From NCBI GenBank assembly GCA_040954595.2, contig CM082585.2, positions 5,915,808 to 5,979,807 of the forward strand: a stretch of 64,000 nt of DNA, read 5' to 3'. The position numbers and the translations under genes are program-made. The first letter of the stretch is position 1, and every line of letters starts with the position of its first letter. Of this stretch, positions 1-12,423 are shown in pieces. The stretch comes from Balanoglossus misakiensis (lineage: Eukaryota > Animalia > Hemichordata). The notes below the pieces were generated by a model. That model saw only the letters and a list, made by a program, of their open reading frames with translations. It did no database searches and was not told where the DNA came from.

Positions 1-963
1 ACTAGTACTAGCATCTCAGCCTGTTGTGTTTTGCTAATACAAATTTAGAATGATGTCCTTTAACAAAACTGTAAAATGAAAGAGAGGACGCCTCAAATCT
101 TGGTTATATTTCACTATATACTATCACGTCCCTCATATTCGTTTCTGTTCCCCTACATCCTGAGTGGAACCGTCTCGCTGGTATATTGTTTACATGAATC
201 TAATTTGCATACTCTAACCCAAAGTGGTTGAAGCGTGGCGTGGACTCTGCAACGCTGCAAGCGTCGAATTCCTACTGATATTTTGTTAAAAGCAAATTTG
301 TTTTATTTCTCGATGGCCACCAGTGAATGCCATTTTCCCGTCGAATCCTGTCCACGGGTGATGATTGCGAATCATGGGTAGATTTTACAACTAAACCAAT
401 ATGGCAATAAAAGTCATCGGCCAACTGTACTGGTCACCTATCCGATCAGGCAGTTCAAATATGGCACAGACAGTTAACGGACTAAACAACACCGCAAGCC
501 TGCTTTTTCCGTAACCATGGAAACACTGATAATGTGACGGGTATTATGGCAAATATGGGTACAATCGCAAAATGGCAGAAAACGCATTAGGTAAACATAG
601 ATGCGGTCACAATAGCATAGTAAATGAACGAGCATCATCATATAAATGTGTCGAGACACATTTGTGCTTTTATGTTCGATGTCCAGTGAGCAACGATTGA
701 CGCCACACTTTGTACGTTTGGTCTTTGCTAGGCCTCGAAATTCAAAGTGCCAATTGCATAAAGTCGCAGTTTCGATGCGTGATCAAGGGTATCGTATTTA
801 AGTACGCATCAAATAGACCCTCGCCTACAACTAACAAAGACTGCAGTGTACACTGCATAACTGACCTAAGCCAGCTACACACATAAACAGTTCGCCTATA
901 AACCATCACAATAATAAGAGATACGATGTAACCAGACAGTCATTTTTACGGTCATGTGCATAC

Positions 964-1093
964 CTGTTTTCTGGTCGTCAATGGCATCTTTCAGTTCGGG
1001 AAAGGTAAATTCTGGAAGCTTGAGTAGTCTGCCATATCGCTCAAGAAATGAGCAGATCACGGCGTAGTTCGGGTAATTGACTACAGACGCCAT
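964..1093 (-). CDS. RSF1: Remodeling and spacing factor 1, first coding exon (gene continues beyond the window start)
   Basis: MASVVNYPNYAVICSFLERYGRLLKLPEFTFPEL closely matches the RSF1 N-terminus (PNFAVVCSFLERYGPLLDLPELPFPEL). ATG at 1093; donor CAG|GTATG after 964. Confidence 0.85.
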
Positions 1094-2040
1094 GTTGGAT
1101 TGTAATTATCCTTGCGTGAGGGCGCACTTGTCAATAAATTTTCGTGTTTGTAGATTTCAATCACTGCTGTGAGTTGTGTTCACCTTTCGACCATCTGACA
1201 TCTACACACAAGGACTGTCGTACCTTTTTGTCGTACATAGAGAATTTTTCCACGGAATAAAGTGTCGGTGGAATCTTTTGTGGCCAAATTTCATCCATTC
1301 TTTGCTTTGCTTTATTTTTAGGTAGTTGCTGTACCATAAGCTTACTAGTGACTGTTCGAAAAAGCGCCGCATTAACCCATTGTTAAAAGTGGCGATACAA
1401 TATGCTATCTAGAATCTAGTAGAAGGAAAATTATTACAAATTGTGTTCTCCAGAGTCGTGCACCAAGACAAGATGCCTTTGTTTTTATAGCGCATGTACA
1501 ACTATGGGGGCGCTGCTACTAATTAAGAGTACAATGTACTTGAGTGAAATAGCTTGAATACTAGTACATTTATAAGAATCTAAGGCAAAGTAGCCATTTT
1601 TGCAGACTAACTCAATTGCCAGCTTTGCATTTGGAAACTGTATGTCGTGCTTGCGGGCACATATAACGTGTGGCAGGACTGATCTCATATGATAGAATGC
1701 TACAGGTTGAGCAGAATGAAAAAATGAACACTTTAAAAAGATCTTGACGTCACAGATGATGGAGTTAATGTCGAGCGTGCAAAATTTTAAGGTAAACACT
1801 TCGTGATATCGACATATCTGATATCTTTATTTCTCCTTGTGGTCGTTTCATTGAATTGCATTTTGACAATACGGACTGTTTGATTACGATTGTTTGGACG
1901 TAATCCCAAAATATGACGTCTCCGTGGGCATAAAAAAGTTTCTGCTGTGGTCGAAATTCGTGTGAATTAGCGCGAAAAAAAATGTATGAGTGAACTGGTA
2001 TCCATCTTGGGTTTATTCATACGAATCTCCTTTCTCCGTA

Positions 2041-5000
2041 TTATAACCATTCTAACACTGTAGTGATGTAGATTGTCGTTATGATATATACCAGTGTGTT
2101 GAGCAATGGAAACTTCCGATACTTTGGCGCTGAACTGATACCACAATCAGTGTCTTCGTAAAATGTCGATCTGCCCTCGACGCCATTGTAGAGAGGACTG
2201 ACCGTTGAGATGTACGCAGATGTTATGTCGATTTCTGGATCTCCTGTCAGAAAGTAAAGTCAAAGAAATGAACACTCCCCGCTTGCGGGCGCTGTGCCGA
2301 GTTTGTATGCAATGTGTGCTGAAGATGCGCTAATATTATGCTAAGAGTATGCTGGCACACTGCCAACGCGTTGCCGCATTTTGCTGCATCCGTATTGAAG
2401 CCAGTTCACTGAATATTCGTGTGATACGTGAAGTTGTCTTTGCGAAGCTGTCGAATTTATTGCCGTGTGTTTTGTACCATATAAGATAACTTGGTCTGAC
2501 TAATGGCGATGATTATGTCTGAATTCTAACTACGTACGGTTAATTATGAAGTAAACTTAAAATTTCAGGCCACAACGTTTCAAAACACAACACAGCGACG
2601 AGGCTCACTTTACTTACCGGTAACTTGGTTCATCTTGTTATCAGAAATCATATCAAAGCCTCCGCCGCCGGACGCAAGATAATTATTACAAATAATTGTG
2701 TAGGTTGCATCCGAATCCAGGTCTACGAATTCTGGGACATCACAGTCGGTACAAACAACCTGCGCTTTCACAACGCGTTCATTGGCGGGTCTCCTTGTGT
2801 CAAATACGACGCGTAAACCTGCGCAAAAAATAAATAAAATTCGGTTGATTCCTACACTTGATAAATCGCAATTTCGAAAGAGCGGGGACGTTCACTGAAA
2901 GTGTAGAGGTTTTTGGTGTGAGTGCAGTTGCCATTTTCTTGTAATGTGAAAAGTGTACAAAAGTCAGTTAGACAAATCCTATGTATATAACAAATAGGCC
3001 TACATCTTTACATATTGCAGTTCACAGTGTTTAGATTACATGTGTTTTGATTCAACAATTTCAGTGTTTTACCTGCCATTTGTAGGAAACTTTGGAGTAA
3101 CGTTTCGCCGTCATATCGTGCAACGGAATACTCCAGAGCTTCGAGGAGATATTTTCCTTGTATGTCTAGCAGGTCCAATGTATTTCCGTAAGGCAGAGCA
3201 TTCATAACATCGCCTACTGTAACGTTACCTGTAAGAATGGTGAACAAGACAATTGGGTGGTTTATTTACGTCGATTCTTAGACTTAGTAGAGATGTAGTC
3301 GACTAGTTTAGTACGGGGACAGGGTGGGGAAAAATTTGGAATAGTCCCAGTTGAAATAGAAAACTTTCACTAGGCCTAAGTTTGTAGGTTTTTCAAAGAT
3401 GGAAATCCTCACTCACAGTCAAATATGGAAACAACCAAATCTAATCTTTTAATGGAGCTTATTTTAAAAGCCCTGGTCGGGATCTCGTACAAATGTACGA
3501 ACAAGAATTGTTCCAACCACAGACTCGACAGCAGCAGTGAGAATGTATGTATGACTGCGGCGTTACTACTGATATAAATATTGGTTTGTCCGCGGAGGTA
3601 GGAATGTCCGATCGTTAATTTTGAGGCTTTAAAGGAGTGATTATAACATACCACGGGAATAATGACCAAGCATTTTTTGTCAGAACAAAGGGCGACGCAT
3701 TTAGTTGTTTACTCAAGACAGATACAATGATAAGAGTTAAGGATGAGATCATAACCTTGTTATCAGAGCGATAACCACCGAACACGCTCTATGAACATAC
3801 ACGCAGGTCAGTGATTGCAAATTGTGTATGTGTGTCAGAGATAACTTAAACTAGTTCACTCGAACTAGAATATTTGAAATCTCCTGATTCTTAAAAGCAT
3901 ATGCGTGACATTTTAAAGGGCCAATTCTCAATCCCGGGTTCTCGCATGAGTGATTTTGACATTGTATGTTAACGCTGTACAACACCTTTGTTTTCCATTT
4001 AAATCTTTATGAAGTTAATCCATTTGCTTTTTAGATAAAGCTGATAAAGAGGGCACTCCGTTACAAACGTATCTATTACAGTATTCCCACAGTACACAAA
4101 GAACACCCTATACCTACCTAGGTAGTTTAACCATTCAACGCCCTAATCTTTCCTGTCAAAATGTTGGTGTAAAATTTTCTTATTTTTGCATATTTTTCTC
4201 CATTTTTTCCGTAATTTTGGACCAAGTGAGTATTATTTTACATTAGCTACAAGTCTGGATGAAAAGTTTAGAAATAATCTGGAAAAAGTTCTAGTGACGA
4301 ATAATTTTGTGAAAGATGAAAACAGGTATAGACATTGGTGCTGACAAGCTAGGTTTAAACCTCCATCTTGATATGTGATGCATGCAGGATGCATAATATA
4401 CTGGTCCTGGTATCATTCTTTCTTCTGTTCAAATTAAATAACGTAAATATATCAAGTATAATTTTAATTGTCTGTGACATTAATATCAGGAAGCAATCTG
4501 GCTTCGTTTTCACATAAAAAGAATAAAATATATTGTAAATTGACCAGATAAACATCGAACGGGATATTTCCGTTGCGATGAGCTACTCAGCGGAAACCTA
4601 TATTCACATTGATTTTAATACCTTGATAAATTGAGTCCCCGAAGCTATCGCTGTTCCATATAATCATGTTGACGTTGGTATATCCCAGTTTCTTGTAATG
4701 ATGTACAGCTCCATCTGTTATCATGTTGCCAAGGTTACACTCTTGCAGACGACACGTCTGCGCGCTGCCGTCCAAGAGCACATGGCTGTAGCCAATCAGC
4801 TCCGCGGTTACAGAATCGAGATGTGATTTCCATTTCTCCACCTCTTCAAGCGTGTCCTGGTCTTTGAAAGTCACATTGAAAAAAGTTGGAAAAATGCAAG
4901 TTATAATTTATACTAAGAGGAATAGGCGATGGTAGAGATGGTTAATGAAGTAGAGATTTAAAGACAAGGCTGTTTTCGAGATCTTCGTTCCCGGAGAATT

Positions 5001-7725
5001 CTAGTACAAGACTTTTTTAGCGTATATGCAACAACTGAAACGAATAAAATCAGGTTTATTCAACATCTTCTCAAATGATTTCAAATTTCTACTCGCTTTT
5101 GTTGTTTTTTTCTTTGTTTTTTTTAGTTTGTTTTGTTTTGGTTTTGTCTTGTGCTATATTTCGCAACACTTTCAATAAATGGCCACTGCGTTTGTTTCCA
5201 CACGTTCGCGAAATACTGGTGCCATTAATCCATCTACCAAATACATGTGGGTTTTTTTTCAGGGTACACCACAAACACGCATGCGTACCTTCCTCTACAC
5301 TATTGTCCAGAAGGACGGGATTACTGTCCTCTTTCCAAGAGACCACGTTTCCATCGTCGTCGAAAGTGACCTGGAAATATCCCAGATATTTGCCGTAGTT
5401 GTCGGCTGTAACCACAGGCACTTCAACGGAAGGGTCGTGGAGTGACTTGACCACGGTCGGGTACGGTCCCTCAACGATGTTCACGTCTTCCGGTGCGGGC
5501 GGAACACCTGGAAAAAAAGTCTTTTAGTTAAAACCAGGCATATGCAGGCCTCCTTGTATTGCAAGAACCTGTTCATATCACGTCAAATGACTTACACTGA
5601 TTTTAGGATAAAATATGACGACAGTAAACAGCAATATACTGCTCACTCTTGCCTGTACAAATGTTGCTGCTAAAACAATAAGTCATGTTTGCAAATTAAT
5701 TTGGACAACTTGAGAGGACACTCTACTTATGCTTTTCTCGCTGTGCGGTTAAATTTTGCAGTTTCGCTTCTTCCCAAACACACAAAAGATAAATTATAGT
5801 TTTTAAAGACTTCACATATACCTGTATACAGCAAAGAGTGCGAATGTCCACCAACGACCACATCCACGCCCTCTACCTGTTCAGCGATCTCCTTGTCTAA
5901 GGAATACCCAGAATGCCCCAGTGCGATGATTTTATCAATCCCATCAGCCTTTAGTCTGTCCACTTCCGCTTTCAAACTTTCCACTTCGTCTTCGAAGACC
6001 AGATCGCCTGAAGACAGTATTGTGATGAGAAAAGCAAAAACAAAAAAATCATGTCGTTGTTTCATATACCCCTCCGTGTGTAATTTACTGACACAGCAAC
6101 TATTAGAAAGAATAATTAAAACTTGTAGAATTAACGAAACAGTAACATACATGCTAATCAACTTAAAAGGAACAAAAATCTAATAACTTATAAAATAGTA
6201 AAGTTGCTGCCCGACTAAAATATGATAATCTTACACTTGTGTATTCAGTCAAAAAAACTTCAGCAAGCCAGATCGGAGTGACAACGTGTTTCTTACCAGT
6301 GGGTGTGGTCTGTGGTGTGTCTTTGTAAGTATATCCCACTATCCCGATTCGCTGGCCGTCGATGTTGATAACAGTGGATGGAGTGAACAGTCCGTCGATG
6401 GTGGGTTCTTGGCTGGCGTCGATGTTCGCACTGATCACCGGGAAGGTGACGTTATTCAAGAACGGAACCAGCCCCGAGACGCCGTTGTCAAATTCGTGGT
6501 TTCCCAGCGACTAGAAGACAGTAAAGAATTGCCTCGTAAGTACAGTGTTGCTGTTTTGACAGGTTAATTGTAAAAAAAAACAGTCACCTTTGGCCAAAAG
6601 AAAGGTAAATACCGACCGCCAATTAATGGCGTATGAAATCTCATATTCATATCCTTGCGGTTGCAGCACGTGCGAACTACTTTATATAATCTTATCATGC
6701 GGTCAAGAATGGTGTCGGTACTATACTCTACTACTGTCTATGCTATAAGCGAGTTTGGTCCGAACGCTTTATTGAGCTACTAGATAAAACGGCAACCAAT
6801 GCCCAAACGAACTAACTCCCAGGTCAGAAGGAAACTTGCCACAAAGCGCGTCTATTATGCCTAGAGGCCTGTTGTAAATCTCCGACAGTGTGCCGAATGT
6901 AAAAAAAGTGAGAAAAGGTATCGGGCGCTAGAAAAAATTGAATGCAATTTATATGATGACGTGAACAAGTGCGTGACTGCAAATGTGTGCTGGCGAAAAT
7001 GTTCATGTCAACGAACTTGAAAGGTTTGCATTGAAACTGGAGTGAGTATGTAGGGTACTACGGCCACCATGTATCATAAATAGCGAATTACCTATCTTAA
7101 ATCAACAACCGCAGATCTGAAGGAGATATAAAATACTTATAGTCAGACCCGATAACAAATAGGCCTACATTCTACACTCTGCGCCTTTGCATGGGTTGTG
7201 TAATATCAGAAGATGATGCCACTGTGTGGTTCTTAGACTTACGGCACTGGAGAGGAGAGTTTCCTCAAGCCGATTTATTGTATGGTATGAAGTGTTTTAG
7301 TTTGAGTTAGCAGGAATTAATGTGAGAGTGTTTCACTAACGACCGGGCGTCCGCACACTGTGAAGTGAACCTACCATGCAATCGTACTCCAAGGAGTTCA
7401 TGAAGTAGGAGCTGGCGGCGCCCTTGAAGACGAAGAACCAGGTCGTGCCTTGGAACTGGTCGCCGGCGTCTATTAAAATCACGTTAGGGTCTGTGCTTCT
7501 TATCTCCGAAACTTTGGTCGCAAGTCTGGCGATTCCACCGTAGCACTCGCCCCGCGCCAGCTCCTCTTCCGTGCAAGTGCCGCCGTTCTTGTTGATGGCT
7601 TCAAACCGCTGGTGGTAATCATTGGTGTGTAGTATAGTGAGAGTCCAGTCCGCCAGGGTGAATGCTAGTGAACTGGAAACCGCCAGCAGAATGAACAGGG
7701 AGCCTTCGGTTGTCATCATCATCAT
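2041..7725 (-). CDS. NT5E: 5'-nucleotidase (CD73/NT5E-like), paralog A, 8 coding exons, ~589 aa, signal peptide plus putative GPI signal
   Basis: Exons 7725-7375, 6510-6297, 6007-5822, 5507-5289, 4861-4622, 3228-3073, 2818-2618 and 2243-2041 splice in frame. Motifs HTNDYH, DAGDQFQG, LGNHEFD, LGHSG, GGHSH, YGKYLG and CRLQECNLGN are present, with a hydrophobic C-tail. Confidence 0.92.
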
Positions 7726-8306
7726 GTGCGTGCAAAGCCTTTGATCGAGACCTTCAACGCGCACTCAATCATTAACTGTTTACTGGGTTTGTTGACAGAT
7801 CACTAAATGTGATTGTAACACCGGTTACCCCTAGTGCTGTACGCCAATCGAGCTGTACCGTAACTAACGCGTGTGGCTGTTTGGTAAAATCACGTGACAG
7901 CATTACACCGAGGGCCGTCAACCTCGTGTGTTTATTCTTCGGTTGACCCTTTGCCTGGTCAAGCCGACGGCCAAGTTTTATCAAATGCATGCGTTTAGCA
8001 GCAGCAACATCATCTGTCAGTACCCTCAACTACTACAAGCATACCACCGAAACAAAACGTGTCTGAATCTCGCCCAGAATATATCATGACGTCCCTTCCT
8101 TCTATAAAATTACACATGTATATCTCAATGCCCTATCAGAAAATCTTAGACCTGTTCTCAAAATTCGACTGTCATGTAAAATCGGGACTAACTTGGAGTC
8201 TTGCAGGCATCAACTGATTAACTTCAACAAAGACTATAACCTGTACCCAAAGTCACATCCTCCATCCAACAGATATAAATTCCAAAGTTACATTTCATAG
8301 TTTTTT

Positions 8307-11300
8307 TTACTCTATAACCATCGTGACACAGCTAATTACGGTGACATAGATCAGCAAATCCACAAATGAAAATTTCAGATTGCTCAGAGCTGAACTGATA
8401 ACAGAAGAGCCGTCATCATAGAACGTGATTCTGCCCTCAATGCCGGCGTAGACAGGTGTGATGGTTGAGATATATGCAGATATGATGTCCACTTCCGGGT
8501 CACCTGTTACGGATGGAAAACAAAAGGGTCAAGACAGGTCAGGCTTAATTCCATGACGTAGATGTATCTGGTCTGACTCTGCTTTTGAATATTGAGTGTG
8601 AAGGGCTTAGAGACCCATGTCTATATAAAAATAATCAACAAAATATTAATTATCAGTTTATCGTCGTATGTTCTCGTTTCTCTATCTTTCCCCCGAGGAT
8701 GTGCGTGATGATGTGGCATTATCTGTGGGGGGGTCTACATTGGAGATCATTCACGTAGGATGTGCCTCACAGATAATAATTGTAACAGTTTCGCACGAAA
8801 TCACAGGACATACATGTTGAAAAAGTATAACTTTCGCTAAAATGTCATAAAAATTCCCAAAACCCATTGTAAATCTGCAAAAAATGTACATTACTTTCTG
8901 TTATTGTTTTCTTACCTGTAATTTGATTGATCTTGTTGTCAGCAACCATATTAAACCCCCCGCCGCCAGATGCAAGGTAGCTACTGCAAATTATCGTGTA
9001 TGTAGCCTCCGTGTCCACATCTATGAATTCTGGAAAATCGCAGTCAGTGCACATTACCTGTGCTTTCACAACACGTTCATTGGTCTGTCTCCTCGTATCA
9101 TATATAACACGTAAACCTGAGGGAGAGAGTGAGGGGTGGGGATGAGAGAGAGAGAGTGTGTGTGAGACAGAGACAGAGACAGAGAGACAGAGAATTGAAG
9201 TCATGGTTACGCTTACAGTTGGTGTATGTATGTCACAGACAAGGAAAACAACAGCATTTCTCCACCGTGAGTACGTCCATCCCCCCCACCCCCGTACACG
9301 TCACCTCCCTTAAAATGACATGCGCTATTTTTGGTCTCTTTCGCACATGTCCATGGTTAATTTCTTAAAGGAAGCATGAATCATAATTGATTATTTAGAC
9401 CACTCTCTCGGCATCTATTTCAGGCTTCTGAGGATGGAAACCCGTTCGAGTGTGCATGTTTCCCTGACTGCGGGCGTGAACCCCCGAGAGGTGTCAATAC
9501 CGAGCTGACACCGGATGATGACGACATTGAAGAAGGGATGCCTGCTCACCTGACATTTGCAGGAAGCCATAATGTAACGTTTCGCCGTCATACTGTGCAA
9601 CGGAATGTTCCAGTGCGCCCAGAAGGTGTCTCCCTTGTATGTCCAACAGATCCAGAGTATCCTCGTACGGCAAAACATTCATAACATCACCCGTTGTAAC
9701 GTTTCCTGCACGAATGAAGTAGAACCTTACGCATGGTGGAATTAAGCAATAATAACTCAATAGTTCATCTGCATTCTTTGATTTTAGTCAGATTGCAGCA
9801 TAGTCTCGGTTACCCAGACTCCTCTGCTTCTTCCGGAAGAAGCAGAGGAGTCTGGGTAACCGAGACCAGTTGGAGCATGGTCAAACCAGGTTGTTTAATC
9901 ATAGGCCTACATTGTGCTATGAAATACAGACTCACAATTTCCTTATTTTACTTTCAAACGTTTTGATTGGTCCATTTAGATGAGCTGCAGCTTACTGATT
10001 TGCATATAAAAATGGCTGTGTCGTCGCACCCGTTTACTCTGCTCCCAACGCAAAAGTATCGTGATATGCGCACATGTGTATTAGAATCTCCAAAAGTGAG
10101 AATGGGACCAAACGAGGCAGCTATTGGTCTTTAACAATTATGTTATCCATGTGTTATGACCATTCGTGAATGTATGGTCATATTTATTTGGCATTCATAC
10201 CTTGATAAATTGAGTCGCCCATGCTTCCACTGTCGTATACCATGGCATTCACGTCAGTATACCCGAGCTTTTTGTAATAATGTACACCAGCATCTGTTAT
10301 CAGGTTGCCTAGGTTACACTCTTGCAGACGACACGTCTGCGCACTGCCATCCAGAAGCACGTGGCTGTAACCAATAACCTCTGACGTCACAGAGTGGATG
10401 GTTGATTTCCACGTCTCCAGCTCATCAAGAGTGTCTTGATCTTGGCAATGAATATACATGTACATGTAACAGAACCAAAGAACCACACGCCAATGAGTGT
10501 TAATATGTTTTGGTTTCGTGATGCCAAAGCAAATAGCGATACGATAGTTTAAAGGTACATTTATCTTTACACATATAAACAAATCCGATGGTTGCCTTGT
10601 TAGTGTTCAGTACCTTCGTCGACATTATTATCCAACAGTATGGGATTACTGTCCTCTTTCCAAGATACCACGTTTCCATCGTCATCGAAAGTGACCTGGA
10701 AGTATCCTAAATATTTGCCGAAGCTTTGGGCTGTAACCACCGGGACAGCGACAGAAGGGTCATGGACCGACTTGACGACAGTTGGGTAAGCGCCCTCAAC
10801 GAGATCCTCGTCTTCGGGGGCGGGTGGAACGCCTGAAAACAGGAAATTGCTGCAATGAAACCTGTGTCCAAACGGAACATGTTTTATCCGAGTCTCTCCA
10901 TAAGCGGTGTGAGGAAGTTTCTTTTCTATTCACATTAAGAAGCCTGGGAACAAAACTTCTAAGAAGATTCTTTTCTGGTTTACCTGTATACAGCAAAGAG
11001 TGCGAATGTCCACCAACGACCACATCCACCCCCGCCACCTGTTCAGCGATCTCCTTGTCTTTGGAATACCCAGAATGCCCAAGTGCGATTATTTTATCAA
11101 TCCCATCAGCCTTTAGTCTGTCCACTTCCGCTTGCACGCTTTCCACTTCATCGTAAAAAATTAGTTCACCTGGAGATTAAATTTGAATATGATGCAGATA
11201 TCTTTCTCGGTGCGATGTATCACTATTAATTTCAAAATCCCAAATAGCTTTAGAATTTATTAATCAGTGTTTACCGTTTATTCATTTTGGCGAGATTTTT

Positions 11301-12423
11301 ACTCTCCTAGAAACGGGATGGAAGTTGTGTGTGGTTTCCCGTTGATCCACTATCCACGCGTAGAATAACTTAAACGGTGTCTTGTATCAAACATAAGTAA
11401 TGGAAAATGGGCAGCGAGAGAGAGACTTTGTCCCGTTTTAAGTTCGACATTGTGTGCTGTGACCTACCGGTTGGGGTGGTATGCGGCACGTAGGTATAGC
11501 CCACTATTCCGATTCGCTGGCCGTCGATGTTGATCACAGTAGATGGAGTGAACAGCCCATCGATGGTGGGTTCTTGGCTGGCGTCGATGTTCGCACTGAT
11601 CACCGGGAAGGTGACGTTATTCAGGAACGGAACCAGCCCCGAGACGCCGTTGTCAAATTCGTGGTTTCCCAGGCACTGAAAGAACGGGGGTGGTAACATA
11701 CTCGTCGAATATTTCACTGAATTTGGCGTCTTTTCACTCACTGAGAGTGTATACAATACTGTTTTGATCGTCCGCAATCGTCAGTTTGTTCAGAGTGGTT
11801 CAATATTCATTATTCTATTTTCTTTATAAACGTTGAAGTTCTGGTTGGGTACATGTTTTTCAAATTATACACGTCACGGTCAACCTTCACTGACAAGCAA
11901 GATAGATTTATTACCAGAAAAGTACGATCTAGTTGACCTTGTCAATAAAATAGTGAATGTCTTAGACGTCGACTGTAAGCGTGTGTATACGTGCGCTACA
12001 GATTAACAGTCACAACACCATTGACACGATCTAAATCAGACAGAACTCGGCGTGAAACTTTGCGTGCAGTCACAGACTTACCATGCAGTCGTATCGTAAG
12101 TAATTCATGAAATACGAACTGGCGGCGCCCTTGAAGACGAAGAACCAGGTCGTGCCTTGAAAGTGGTCGCCGGCATCTATTAAAATCACGTTAGGGTCTG
12201 TGGTCCTTATCTCCGATACTTTGGTCGCCAGTCTAGCGATTCCACCGTAGCACTCGCCCCGCGCCTGCTCCTGTTCCGTGCAAGTGCCGCCGTTTTTGTT
12301 GATGGCTTCAAACCGTTGGTGGTAGTCGTTGGTGTGCAGTATAGTGAGAGTCCAGTCCGCCAGGGTGAATGTTAGTAAACTGGAAACGACCAGCAGAATG
12401 AACAGAGAGCCTTCGGTTGTCAT
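8307..12423 (-). CDS. NT5E: 5'-nucleotidase (CD73/NT5E-like), paralog B, 8 coding exons, ~582 aa, signal peptide plus putative GPI signal
   Basis: Exons 12423-12082, 11675-11468, 11169-10984, 10832-10614, 10440-10201, 9705-9550, 9116-8916 and 8503-8307 splice in frame. Same metallophosphoesterase motifs and same intron positions and phases as paralog A. Confidence 0.92.
9803..9866. repeat. Perfect 64-bp palindrome (hairpin MITE-like) in an NT5E-B intron
   Basis: GTCTCGGTTACCCAGACTCCTCTGCTTCTTCC is followed immediately by its exact reverse complement. One arm recurs at ~42395-42429. Confidence 0.85.

Noticed and set aside
2041-12423. NT5E duplication as a haplotig or assembly artefact
   Set aside because: The introns are unrelated in sequence and length and the 3' exons are clearly diverged, so these are true paralogs.
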